From: Octopus sinensis
Taxonomy: Eukaryota
Length of the DNA stretch: 64,000 nt
Direction: 5' to 3'
NCBI RefSeq assembly: GCF_006345805.1
Contig: NC_043005.1
Span: 248,001-312,000, forward strand
Below are positions 54,980-64,000 of this stretch, one piece after another. The position numbers and the translations under genes were made by a program. Each line of letters starts with the position of its first letter. The stretch's first letter is position 1. The notes below the pieces were generated by a model, which saw only the letters and a list, made by a program, of their open reading frames with translations, was not told the DNA's origin and did not search any database.

Positions 54980-57223
54980 ATGTTATTGCAGAGTAAGAGC
55001 AATACTCAAGACAGAGCTGAATGTGAGAAACAGGATCGAAGCGATCAATGCTTTAGCCAAACCAGTCGTGCCTTACAGTTTCAATATTGTTACCTGGTCA
55101 ATTACTAAAATATGTAATCTTGACAGAAGTCAAAGAATAATGACAATAATAATAATAATGATGATAATAATAATGATAATAATGATAATAATAATAATAA
55201 TAATGATAATAATAATAATAGCTGACAAACAGCTGACAAACAGCTGGAAACACTATTAAAGACAGTTCATGGATTTACCAAAGAAATAGATATGAAATTT
55301 GGATTAGAAAAATGCGCCAAAGAAACCATGAAAAGAGGAAAACTAGTTAAGAGTAACAACATCACACTAGATAAAACCAATGAAATAAAAGAATTAGATC
55401 AAAGCCAAACTTACAAATACTTAGGAATCCATGAACTAGGTAAGACACAACAAACACAAATGAAAGAGAAAAAAAAAAAGAATATTATAGACGAGTTAGA
55501 TCAATACTAAAAACAGAGCTCAATGCTAAAAACAAGATAATAGGTATCAACACTTTAGCTGTCCCAGTTATAAGTTAAAGCTACGAACTACTGAGTTTGG
55601 TTTAATGGCTTACCAATGTATACTATGAGTTTCTTTGCCCTAGGAGTCGGGAAGACACTCGGCAAGAAATGGAAGCAAATTTGAAAGAAGAAAAAAAAAG
55701 TAATAATAATAATAATGATAATAATAATATAGGGTTGAGGTAACTCCTCCAGAAGATACAGAAGCAAAAAAAGAAGAGTGTCATTGTTATGAAGTGAATG
55801 ATATTTCGACATCTCGTTTGTTTTGCACAGGTTCAAAAAAATAAACTTGTCAATCTACTTCCTATTACATTATTTACATTTTTATTTCTTTATTGCCCAC
55901 AATGGCCTAAACACAGAGGAGACAAACAAGGACAGACAAATGAGTTTCGAGTCCAGTGCTCAACTGGTACTTAATTTATCGACCCCGAAAGGATGAAAGG
56001 CAAAGTCGACCTCGGCGGAATTTGAACTCAGAACGTAATAGCAGACATAATACCACTAGCATTTCGTCCGGCGTGCTACTTTCGCCAGCTCGCCGCTTTT
56101 ATTTGATTTTATCTTGGCTTTATATAGTCTCTATAAATTTATCTTTTCGGATATAGATGGAGCTCTATTGGATGATAAGTGTATCACTTCAGGTCTGGAG
56201 GTTTGAAATCGAATAAAAGAAATCATTTTAAAAACATAGTCCACAACTTTTACCTCTCCAAAAGACAAGGTAAAATCTTCTTAGTCGTAATCAATAACAT
56301 CAAGGAAAAATTAACTTCCGGCTAAAGGCTGACCAACCAAGCTGTCCATCTACCTACATAAGACAAGTAGAACATTTTTATAAATCTTTTAAATAGAGCT
56401 CAAAAATATGAACAAATAAGGAATTTGCTGACCAAAGCTAACCTTCCACCTACGTCTTTTCTGAACGCTAGAAAGACAAAGGTAAATCTCTCTTAGTCGT
56501 AATCAAATAACATCAAGAAAAATTAACTCCGGGCTAGAAGTCTGCTGACCAACCAAGCTGTCCATCTACATACATAAGAACAAGGTAAGAACATTTTTAT
56601 AAATCTTTTAAATAGAGCTCAAATAATATGAACAAATAAAGGAATTTGCTGACCAACTAACCTTCCGCCTACTGTCTTTTCTGAACTCTAGATAATCAAA
56701 TTCTAAGCTTAAAATTCATGACCTAAAGCTGATATGCTTAAATAAACACACACCGAATCACAAAATTTACATGTGGACAGAACGCTGCACAATAAACTTC
56801 TAACTTCTTAAAACAAAACAAGTTAAGTACAGATAGCAACACAACAATAACTCAACCTACTTTATTAGCTGCAGAATAACTTATAACTTCTCACCTACCT
56901 TCATTTTCTTGTGAACCTAAAAAACAAGCTCAGAAGCTGACACACCTAAAACAGACACACCTGATTGCAATGTTGTACACAATGCCACTGAACTCTAAAC
57001 AATAACACAACTCCAACGTTTATAATAAAAATCTACTGTATATTATTGTATCAAACCTCGTCCTACAACCTGATTATCATCCAAAGAGCCTCCATCTACA
57101 GCAGAAAAAAACCCTCAAACTTACTGGACACTATATATGACCCAGAATATCTGAGTCCGCGGAAGGCTAAGCAGGCTAAAACTTCAAATCACTGACAACA
57201 ACATTATTCTTCAATATATATAT

Positions 57224-57298
<75 letters not shown>

Positions 57299-57912
57299 CA
57301 CCGTGATCACCGTGACCGACCAGGCTATCAGATGTTGCTATTATATCTGCTGATCACAATGCGCTCGCATTGTTTAAGCCTTCAAATGACGCCACCTCGC
57401 TGGCTAAGCGAGCAGGCCAATATATATATATATATATATATTGATTTGAATGTTAAGAACATTAAGGTCTTAGAATTTATCTTCTGCTAGAAAGTGGGAG
57501 GGATGTTCTGTTCGATGGAGACAAAAGAGATTTTCTATTTATAGAAGTAGGTAGGGGTGAATAAATGTCAGAAGTTATTCCTAAAGAAAATTAAAGTGGA
57601 AGGGGTTATATTGTCTTAGAGGCTGTTTATTGCTATTTGGCAATGCGATTTCGTATCAAGAAAACTAGGTCAATGCTATATGATCACAATGGCCATCCAT
57701 AAACTAAATAGTTACAGAAAATACAGAGATTCCTTTATACTTATATAAACATATACAAATATGCATCCGCTTTAATCTATAAGATTATACTTGGCTATAA
57801 GATTATACTTGGCTAGTAGGGATGATTATTTCAATAAGTGGATTAAAAAGAATATAAATCTAATATTTATTAAGATCGTACCAGATTACCGAAGATATTC
57901 TTGTTGCTTATT

Positions 57913-57966
<54 letters not shown>

Positions 57967-60188
57967 GGAGGTTTGAAAAATGCAATTTTAAAAGATGTCT
58001 ATTCACTTGACCGGTTTCACGTTTTTAGAAAAAGATTATCAAAAGTAAACTGTAAAGCTTTGTTGTGTTAAGTACTGGTTGTCACAAAAATATTACAATA
58101 TATATATGCATTCTTTGATAATAATAAGAACATGTTACAAACAGTTTACAGAAAAAAATTTTTTTGTGAAATTATATATAGTGTTATGAGTTTAGCTAGT
58201 GCAGTCTCGGTGACCCACATTTGGAATTATGGTTCCAGCATGTCTGGTAAAAAGTGACAGGTCCTTTGTTTACTGGGAGATTAATGAGACCTTTCTGGCC
58301 TTGTGCAGTCGATTGGAGGTCGTTCTAGACACCCCTTAAAGATAGAGTAAGAGCAGAGGGCAAATAGAAAGGCTATAAGCAGTAAGGGACAGATTGAGGA
58401 TAGAGATAGGCAGTAAGGGAATCTGAGAGCAGATAGAGAGGGTAATAGGCAGCAGGTGATAGAGACAGGCAGAGAGTATGGTAGTGCTGTCATGAGAGGG
58501 TAATAGGCAGCAGGCGATAGAGATAGGCAGTGAGAGCAGAGGGCAAATAGAGAGGGTATAAGTGGTAGAGATGAGGTAGTGGGAAGGACAGAGACGAAGT
58601 GAGGTCTTGGCAGTCGGTGATCGGTCGTCGAAGAACACAGTCGGATTCTGGAAGTCGGCAAGGAGGTGGAATTCTAGGAGCAAGCTGGGATGCGAGAACG
58701 CTTGGCGGCACGGAAGGGAATATGTACAGAGGAATTAGCGGTACGGAGAGATGAGTGCAGAATGGGACACTGGCGATTCAGTTAGGAATTGAGGTATGTG
58801 ATTGTGCATTGATACGTGTCACGGTGTATTGAACAGTGAAAAGAACAGTCAAGGACTTGTCGATATGTCGATTATCGAGTTGTGGTATTTATGTTCAGAA
58901 TTGTGTTGATGTGACGTTATCTGTGATGTTTAGAAAAAAGACTTTAAAAGAACTGTGTCTTCGGACGTATACATTTGAAATACTGTATATGACTTGTTGT
59001 GTCTCCGGACTGATATATTGTTACATGCATGTTGTTAAATGCTTTTGATCTGTGGTATACCCGTATGATGTATTGATTTGTTGTTTGCCTTAAATGCTTT
59101 GATGTTGTAACCATTGATTGTCATATAAACTAGTTGTTGAATGTAAGTCAGTGTTGCCAGTTGTTGCCTTGCCTCTTTTGGTGTCTCTTTCGGGTTGTGT
59201 CTCTGTGTCTCTGTGCTGCTGCGGTTGTTGTTGTTGCAGTGTCTCTCCTCTCCTCTCTCTCCTCTCTCCGACTGGTTTCCGTAGCTTATTCACTGATCGA
59301 ATCGGGCCTGTGTGAGGATTTCCGTAACAGTTTTCGGATGCTCCCCACTAGTTTCGTAACAATATATATATATATATATATACTCTTTTACTCTTTTACT
59401 CGTTTCAGTCATTTGACTGCGGCCATGCTCGAGCACCGCCTTTTAGTCAAGCAAATCGATCACAGGACTTATTCTTTCGAAGCCTAGTACTTATTCTATT
59501 GGTCTCTTAGCCAAACCACTAAGTTACGGGGACATAAACATACCAACATCGGTTGTCAAGCGATGTTTGGGGGGACAAACACAGATACAAACATATGCAC
59601 ACACACATACATATATATGTATCTATACACATATATACGACGGGTTTCTTTCAGTTTCCGTCTACCAAATCCACTCACAAGGCTTTGGTCTGCCCGAGAC
59701 TATAGTAGAAGGCACTTGCCCAAGGTGCCACGCGGTGGGACTGAACCCGGAACCATGTGATTGGTAAGCAAGCTACTTACCACACAGCCAATACTAATAA
59801 TATCAAATATATTTGTATATGCAAACATGCGCATATATATGTTACACACACATACACACATACATATGTAAGTCAATGTATGTATACATATATACACATG
59901 TATATTTATGTGTGTGTATATATATATATATATATGTATATACGTATACATACGTATGTATGTGTGTATGCGTCTGTGTGTGTATACACATATAGATATA
60001 TACATGTATATATATATGATATAGGTGTGGATGTACACACACATACACACATATAGATATATAAACATGGGTGTACACATATATAAATGAATAAATATGC
60101 TTACATTTATGTAGATACACATGCGTTTAAATAAATATTTATTGGGGTAGATGGACGAGTATTTATATGTGTATGTGTGTGTGTGTGT

Positions 60189-60219
<31 letters not shown>

Positions 60220-62259
60220 CGTGCGTTCAGCATCTACCTTACCCTTTACAAACCAGTGCTATTAATCCGTCCGATCCAATGGTCATTGTTTGGTCGACCC
60301 AAGCACCAGGATTCATAAGTTTCTCGAATGCCAAACTGCAAAAACATAGATTCAGGAGAAAAATGTATTAATTCACATAATAACAATGTAGAGAGGAATA
60401 TTTTTATTATATATATATAAAATAAAAAACGATTACCTATGTACTAATTAGTTTCACTTGTTAATATTTACGTATATGGACACGCAAACATCTGCAAGAT
60501 CATCAGCATCTGTCGTTAATTTTAAATTTAAAAAATGTTCTCTAACCGGTAAATTGACTGCTGTAGTTTATTAACTGCCGAGTAATTCCCGATCTCAGCG
60601 CGCCAAAGTGAAGGCATTTGAAAGATACACATACATATAATTTGTAGAACTTTATACATGCTGAATTGCGGTTGAGCGTTCTGTATCTAGTTCTGGAAAT
60701 TGTGTTTTATAAAATTTACGGCAGCGAATTCGTGACGAACCCTTTTTCTTTTCACTGTCGTTTTTTCACTTCATCTTTTTTACAGCGGCCCTCTCGATCT
60801 ATACCTGTTGTTGTGCTCCTTCCTTCATATCTTCGTTACCAGCTCCTTCACTCTCTCTTTCAGACCTTCCTCTTCCTATCTCCCCTCTCCTTTTTCATAT
60901 CTTCTTTCATTTTCCGCTTCCCTCTCCCTTCCTTTGTCTCTCTTTACACCTATCTCTTTCCCTCTCTTTTCCATATCCTTCTCCTTTTCTCAGCTCTTTC
61001 CCTCATTCTGTCTCTCCCTCCCTTTGTCTCTTTCTACATCTACCTCTCTCTCTCTCTGTTTCATGACTCTCACTTTTCCTCTCCTCTCCTTCCATTTCAT
61101 ATCTTCCTCCTTTTCTCACTTCTCTCTCCCTTCTTTTGTCTCCCTCTCCATCTACCTCTTTCCCTCTCACCTCACCCTCTCCCTCATATACTTCTCTTCT
61201 CACTCCGTCTCTCCACATCCTTCATTCTCTCATAAGACAACATAAGACAACACAATATAGTCATATGCAATACATATCGCCCACCAGATGATCCAAACCA
61301 CATAGGCAAGTTTGACGATTGCCTAACAAGAATTAAAGAAATCCTCATGAAACTGGAACACCACGTGAGCGTATTTCTTATGAGTGATTTCAACATCCCC
61401 AACGTCAAATGGCCCGAAGGACTCATGCTTTCAAGAATGACTCATTGCAAGCAAGCACAGGTGGAGTCCCTGCTCAACCTCACTAATGACCTATTCACGG
61501 AGCAAGTTGTACTTAGACCAACTAGGGCGAATAACATTTTGGATCTCTGCTTCACAAATAATATGGACATCGTTCATGGTGTGAAAATGACGCCGACACT
61601 AGTTTCGGATCACAACATAATAGAAATGTCTATGTATGGACCAAAAGTAGCTAGAGAAATACAGTCTTAAGGAAGCACCCAGAATCTCTCCAATCGGAAC
61701 CAGAAATATGTCCCACAGCATAAGGCCAACACAAAAAGGAACAAGATTCCAAGGAAGAGGAAGATCCTCATGAGACGACGGACGAAGGATGCAAATAACC
61801 TCAACCAACATTCCAAAAGTGGTGAAAGGTCCCGCCTAAAAACAACACTGATGGAGAGTGAAAAAAGGCTGTGTGTGAGAGAGAGAGAGCAGTAGTAGAA
61901 GTGGTCGTTGTAGTCATGGTGGTGGCAGTGGCAGGAGTGATAGGAATGATATTACAAACAACTGGGGTTTTTTTGTATGTTTCTGAATGGCCTTCCAGGC
62001 TGCAATTGCTTTGGTTTCAGCGCATCATATCAGATCAAAACATCTGCTACGCAAGTACGTCTCCGATAATAAAATTCAAAAATATCTGTTAGAAGATGCT
62101 GTACTTATTCATTAAAATAACAAGAAATAAAAAGCACTTACTCGTTGATAAACATAAGTAAATAAGTGTGAGGGGCCAAAATTTTGTAGATTGGATGCGT
62201 CGGAAATATATTCCTATGCATGTGAGCACTGACAATTTGCATCAGCATATGGGTTAAAC
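40746..62259 (-). CDS. Lipoxygenase (animal/marine-invertebrate type) catalytic domain, 3' partial, 8 exons; 5' exons lie beyond the window
   Basis: Exons 62259-62142, 60335-60243, 53651-53590, 49807-49702, 48277-48195, 44976-44794, 42782-42619 and 40860-40746. All introns are GT-AG with compatible phases except one +1 nt in the third exon. Motifs THML, HRN..THPIYKILAPH, YFRDD, ELQEW, SHAAVNF.QYD and PNSIAI-stop are LOX hallmarks. Confidence 0.93.
41259..41498. mobile_element. Tc1/mariner-type MITE
   Basis: TIRs CAGGG...CACAAGTAGGTATACAG and CTGTATACCTACTTTTGAG...CCTG|TA around an AT-rich interior. Confidence 0.65.
41865..42510 (-). mobile_element. Cluster of three SINE family A copies
   Basis: Three tandem occurrences of the CCCGAAAGGATGAAA.GC.AA.TC.AC core. 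Confidence 0.85.
42619..42782 (-). CDS. Lipoxygenase exon
   Basis: gtatcag|GCA CCC AGA...GCC GA|gtaagt; APRTKKDIVDALPKVTTILDVLKVTSVLSKRGTNPLGNFDVKYIRHQAGLQCVA. Confidence 0.9.
43320..44316 (+). mobile_element. Gypsy LTR retrotransposon 3' end: integrase C-terminus, PPT and LTR (43718-44316)
   Basis: IGEEVWVKPPKARCTSQWSRGTVTVVNSRNNVCVDGMPRHVLDLRR...RRSRR resembles a Gypsy integrase tail. A purine-rich tract precedes TGTG (43718) ... AATAAA (44282) ... CACA (44316). Confidence 0.75.
44794..44976 (-). CDS. Lipoxygenase exon (HAAVN Fe ligands)
   Basis: gttaaag|GGT TTA CCA...GAC AAA|gtaagt; GLPMKDDKGHVSSKEDLKWIVSVIIFTCSVSHAAVNFLQYDEYGHPANYPSMLRTPLLKDK. Confidence 0.95.
45548..45755 (-). mobile_element. 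SINE family B partial
   Basis: CATTTGACTGTGGCCATGCTGGAGCACCGCC...CTAAGTTACGGGGAC core shared with 59385-59790. Confidence 0.75.
45815..47700 (+). mobile_element. Degenerate Chapaev3-like (CMC) DNA transposon with 3' TIR
   Basis: MPFAIPMIWREPKD..DCYFC, EWRLFIDSSKRSLKAVLLHTGN, WKICGDLKVIG, FTKYCCFLCLWDSR, KLKEGIFIGPQI. It ends TTTTGTTGACCAGTG (reverse CACTGGTCAACAAAA). Several frameshifts. Confidence 0.8.
48195..48277 (-). CDS. Lipoxygenase exon
   Basis: atttcag|AA AAG GAT...TTG AAG|gtattt; EKDEDVDGDGELQEWVENMSVPSRGGLK. Confidence 0.9.
48985..49165 (+). mobile_element. Short degenerate LINE RT fragment
   Basis: GESNVFVIDVNESLDRVWY resembles the ALDISKAFDRVWH RT motif. Confidence 0.45.
49702..49807 (-). 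CDS. Lipoxygenase exon
   Basis: atttcag|GTT GAC GAT...CAC TAT G|gtaatt; VDDPKVLPKYYFRDDSLLLYDCVYKYVSSYIDLHY. Confidence 0.93.
50130..50495 (-). mobile_element. Mariner transposase C-terminal remnant
   Basis: HCGFELIDH...PSDFHL...DDIISAVDDIFF and a KCVDCKG-like end followed by TIR-like sequence. Confidence 0.7.
50531..50745 (+). mobile_element. SINE family A, opposite orientation to the other copies
   Basis: Reverse complement of the 42018-42247 and 53826-54030 copies. Confidence 0.85.
50975..51880 (+). mobile_element. RTE-clade LINE 3' fragment
   Basis: LLYSCETWTCYKRHFKLLEQFHQKCLHRILKIKW...NQLKWCGHIV.MKDERMPKQLFYGE and C-terminal C2H2-like motifs. Confidence 0.88.
53590..53651 (-). CDS. 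Lipoxygenase exon with +1 frameshift
   Basis: tttttcag|A CTA CAA GAA TGG GAC TTT [T] TAT CGA GAT GGA...CGA AAA|gtaagt. It is 62 nt where 61 is needed. The corrected reading is LQEWDFYRDGIPANDFANRK. Confidence 0.85.
53826..54030 (-). mobile_element. SINE family A
   Basis: Shared core sequence. Confidence 0.8.
54176..55585 (+). mobile_element. Rearranged R4/Dong-like LINE fragments separated by (TAA/TGA)n
   Basis: CRMCGDGQETINHIISGC...YIHRHD...ILWDMPIHTDREIKANRPDIV..LIDVSIP (RLE domain). MKFGLEKCAK...YKYLGI (RT thumb) lies downstream, out of normal order. Confidence 0.88.
55885..56097 (-). mobile_element. SINE family A
   Basis: Shared core sequence. Confidence 0.8.
56260..56690. repeat. ~215-bp tandem duplication
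   Basis: 56260-56470 and 56471-56690 align, differing mostly by 1-nt indels. Confidence 0.9.
57962..59360 (-). mobile_element. Non-coding (TA)n-flanked element with internal degenerate tandem repeats and a hammerhead remnant (PLE-derived or retrozyme-like)
   Basis: Bounded by (TA)n runs, with a GTAATAGGCAGCAGG..ATAGAGA repeat at 58340-58570. A decayed HHR lies at 58002-58049. Confidence 0.5.
58002..58049 (-). ncRNA. Degenerate minimal hammerhead ribozyme
   Basis: UUUACUU-UUGAUAA-stem II remnant-GAAA-CCGG-UC-AAGUGAA. Stem I is 7 bp and GAAA-CCGG-UC is intact, but CUGAUGA is mutated at two positions. Confidence 0.6.
59385..59790 (-). mobile_element. SINE family B, near full length
   Basis: tRNA-like head on the minus strand (TGGCTGTGTGGTAAG ... 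GGTTCAGTCCC) plus a body shared with 45548-45755. Confidence 0.8.
60243..60335 (-). CDS. Lipoxygenase exon (arched helix, Coffa site)
   Basis: ttttgcag|T TTG GCA...AAA GG|gtaagg; DLAFEKLMNPGAWVDQTMTIGSDGLIALVCKG. Confidence 0.92.
61250..61870 (+). mobile_element. CR1-group LINE apurinic endonuclease fragment
   Basis: TYRPPD, MSDFNIPNVKW, PTRANNILDLCFTN, SDHNIIE. High similarity to 29638-30200. Confidence 0.88.
62142..62259 (-). CDS. Lipoxygenase exon (second Fe-ligand His)
   Basis: tttttcag|GT TTA ACC CAT...ATC AAC GA|gtaagt; translates (G)LTHMLMQIVSAHMHRNIFPTHPIYKILAPHTYLLMFIN. Confidence 0.92.
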
Positions 62260-62481
62260 CTGAAAAAGAATATTATTTTCATCTTGTATTTTACATCATA
62301 TATGCGATAAGCGATTTAAAACGAATACATTTTTATAGTTTTTTGCTGTTTTACTGGCTTCAGTGTTACAGGGGTGACCACAATGGAGCAATGCTTTCAT
62401 GGGTTTTTAGTCCTAGTCTTCTATAAGTTTAATTTATTAATATCTAGGTTGTTTTATAGGAAACCTGACTCGAGTTCACAA

Positions 62482-62513
<32 letters not shown>

Positions 62514-62748
62514 TTTTCTTCTTTTTTCATATCTCTTTTCTTTTGTTCTTTTCCTTTTCTTTTTTTCTTTTTTCTTTTTTTTCTTTTTCATTTTTTTTTG
62601 TTTTTCTTCTCTTTTACGATCCCTCTTGATCGAAAACCTACGCCACCCTTTATTTTGTTTCATCCCCCAAAAGAAAAGCTCTACCTTGTAACTTGTCCCA
62701 TCTGTGTGCAGCCCTGTGTGGCCAATAAAGAAACTTATCTATCTATCC

Positions 62749-62816
<68 letters not shown>

Positions 62817-62989
62817 GTCTGTCTACCAGTCTGCATGTCTGTGTATCTCTCCGTCTGTCTATCTATCTATCTATCTATCTATCTATACATGTTTGTATGT
62901 ATGTATTGCAAATTTTATTAGCAATAATATATAGATATTTTGTTATTTTATGGTTAATTTTCCATAATATTTTCCCAGAAGATTTGGAG

Positions 62990-64000
62990 ATGTTCCTTAT
63001 AAAGTATTCATCAAGCAGAAATTACTGTCACCGACAGTACAATGCATCTCTACGACTTCCAAGGAGGAGGAAGTGGACCAGCGAAGGAAACAGGATAGTG
63101 ATGCAGTGCTACTTAGAAAGTGAACCTAAAAGAAGGGGCCATAGAAAATGGGTGTTGATACTTTGGGTAGAGAAGGGTATGTTTCAAGTAACTGAGCTGA
63201 GATCAGTAGATCAAGCTAATGAAGTGGATGAGAGAATGGAGGGGAGAAGAGATCACTTGAGAACTGGAAAAGAAAGACCAGACAGTGGGAAAGACAAACA
63301 ACGACATAAGAGATACAACTCAAACAAAAGAAGAACCCAAAGGAAAAAAATAATAACAATAAGGAAGGGACAACTGGCTTTGAGTGATTTGAGTGATTTA
63401 AGTGGGGAAGATGAGAATATTTTAGATGAGTTTCAGGAAATAAATGAGTAAAGAAATAAGAAAAAGATTTCCAGCATTAAAAGACATCAACAGAAGGAAG
63501 CTACAAGGAGTGACTTGGAAAGTAGATTCTGTTATCAGCAGCAGGATAGATGCTAAAAATATAGGAGACACTAACTTATTGATCTGTGCAGGAGGGGTAG
63601 TAGTAGTTGCCACAAGATTAGATATTCCACTGGGTAAGATTAGAAAAGAGTAAATGTGGAAAAGGAGACTACAAAACAAAGTGGAGACTTTAAAACAAGA
63701 CCTGGGTAGAATAGAAGCCTGGAAACTGAACAAGTTAGGAAGCACAAGATACAGATCTTCCCTTGAGAAAAGATACCTAGGCAAGAAAGTATTTGGGACA
63801 ATAATAGAAGGTTTGAAACAGCGTATCATAGCAGTAGCAGGCAGCATCTCCAGTTATAAGAAAAGAATAGATCTTTATCAACAGAATAGATTATTTGAGA
63901 CAGACCAGAGGAGATTTTATAACCAAATAAAGATGAGAAACCTAATGCGGAAGAAGCTAGAAAGTTTTGCAGTAATATTTGGGATAGACCAAATGCAGTA
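62990..64000 (+). mobile_element. R4/Dong-like LINE N-terminal region (runs off window)
   Basis: RRRKWTSEGNRIVMQCYLESEPKRRG...QNRLFETDQRRFYNQ with stops and frameshifts. Confidence 0.75.

Noticed and set aside
57140-57195. Possible hammerhead remnant (CCGCGGAAGGCT...GGCTAAAAC)
   Set aside because: Core boxes and stems could not be assigned convincingly.
60666-61245. Hydrophobic 189-aa ORF resembling a membrane protein
   Set aside because: Arises from a CT-rich low-complexity tract in a LOX intron.
40746-62259. Calling the gene an allene oxide synthase-lipoxygenase fusion or a specific ALOX orthologue
   Set aside because: The 5' exons are outside the window, so neither a catalase-like AOS domain nor orthology can be seen.

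Overview
Repeat-dense animal genomic DNA. The tRNA-derived SINE families, (TA)n/(TACA)n/(TAA)n microsatellites and LINE/PLE mix suggest a cephalopod, probably Octopus (inference). The only host gene I can support is the 3' half of a minus-strand lipoxygenase. It has 8 GT-AG exons between 62259 and 40746 and about 307 aa. The iron ligands His (THM), His/Asn (HAAVN) and the C-terminal Ile are present, the Coffa stereo-determinant is Ala, and there is a +1 frameshift in an A5 run at 53631-53635. The rest is mostly transposon debris: two Helitrons, mariner, Chapaev3, Gypsy, L1/Tx1, CR1, RTE, R4/Dong, Penelope-like elements and SINEs, plus a 7.6-kb 18/16-bp satellite. The most notable non-coding signals are a near-intact minimal hammerhead ribozyme and two decayed ones in Penelope-like termini, a 4x CCAAT-N12-CRE array ahead of a TATA box and splice donor, an orphan TATA/Inr/donor first exon, a tRNA-like Pol III cassette, and a near-perfect ~100-bp-arm hairpin. 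All calls are by-eye reading. No database searches were run, and TE boundaries are approximate unless termini are quoted.
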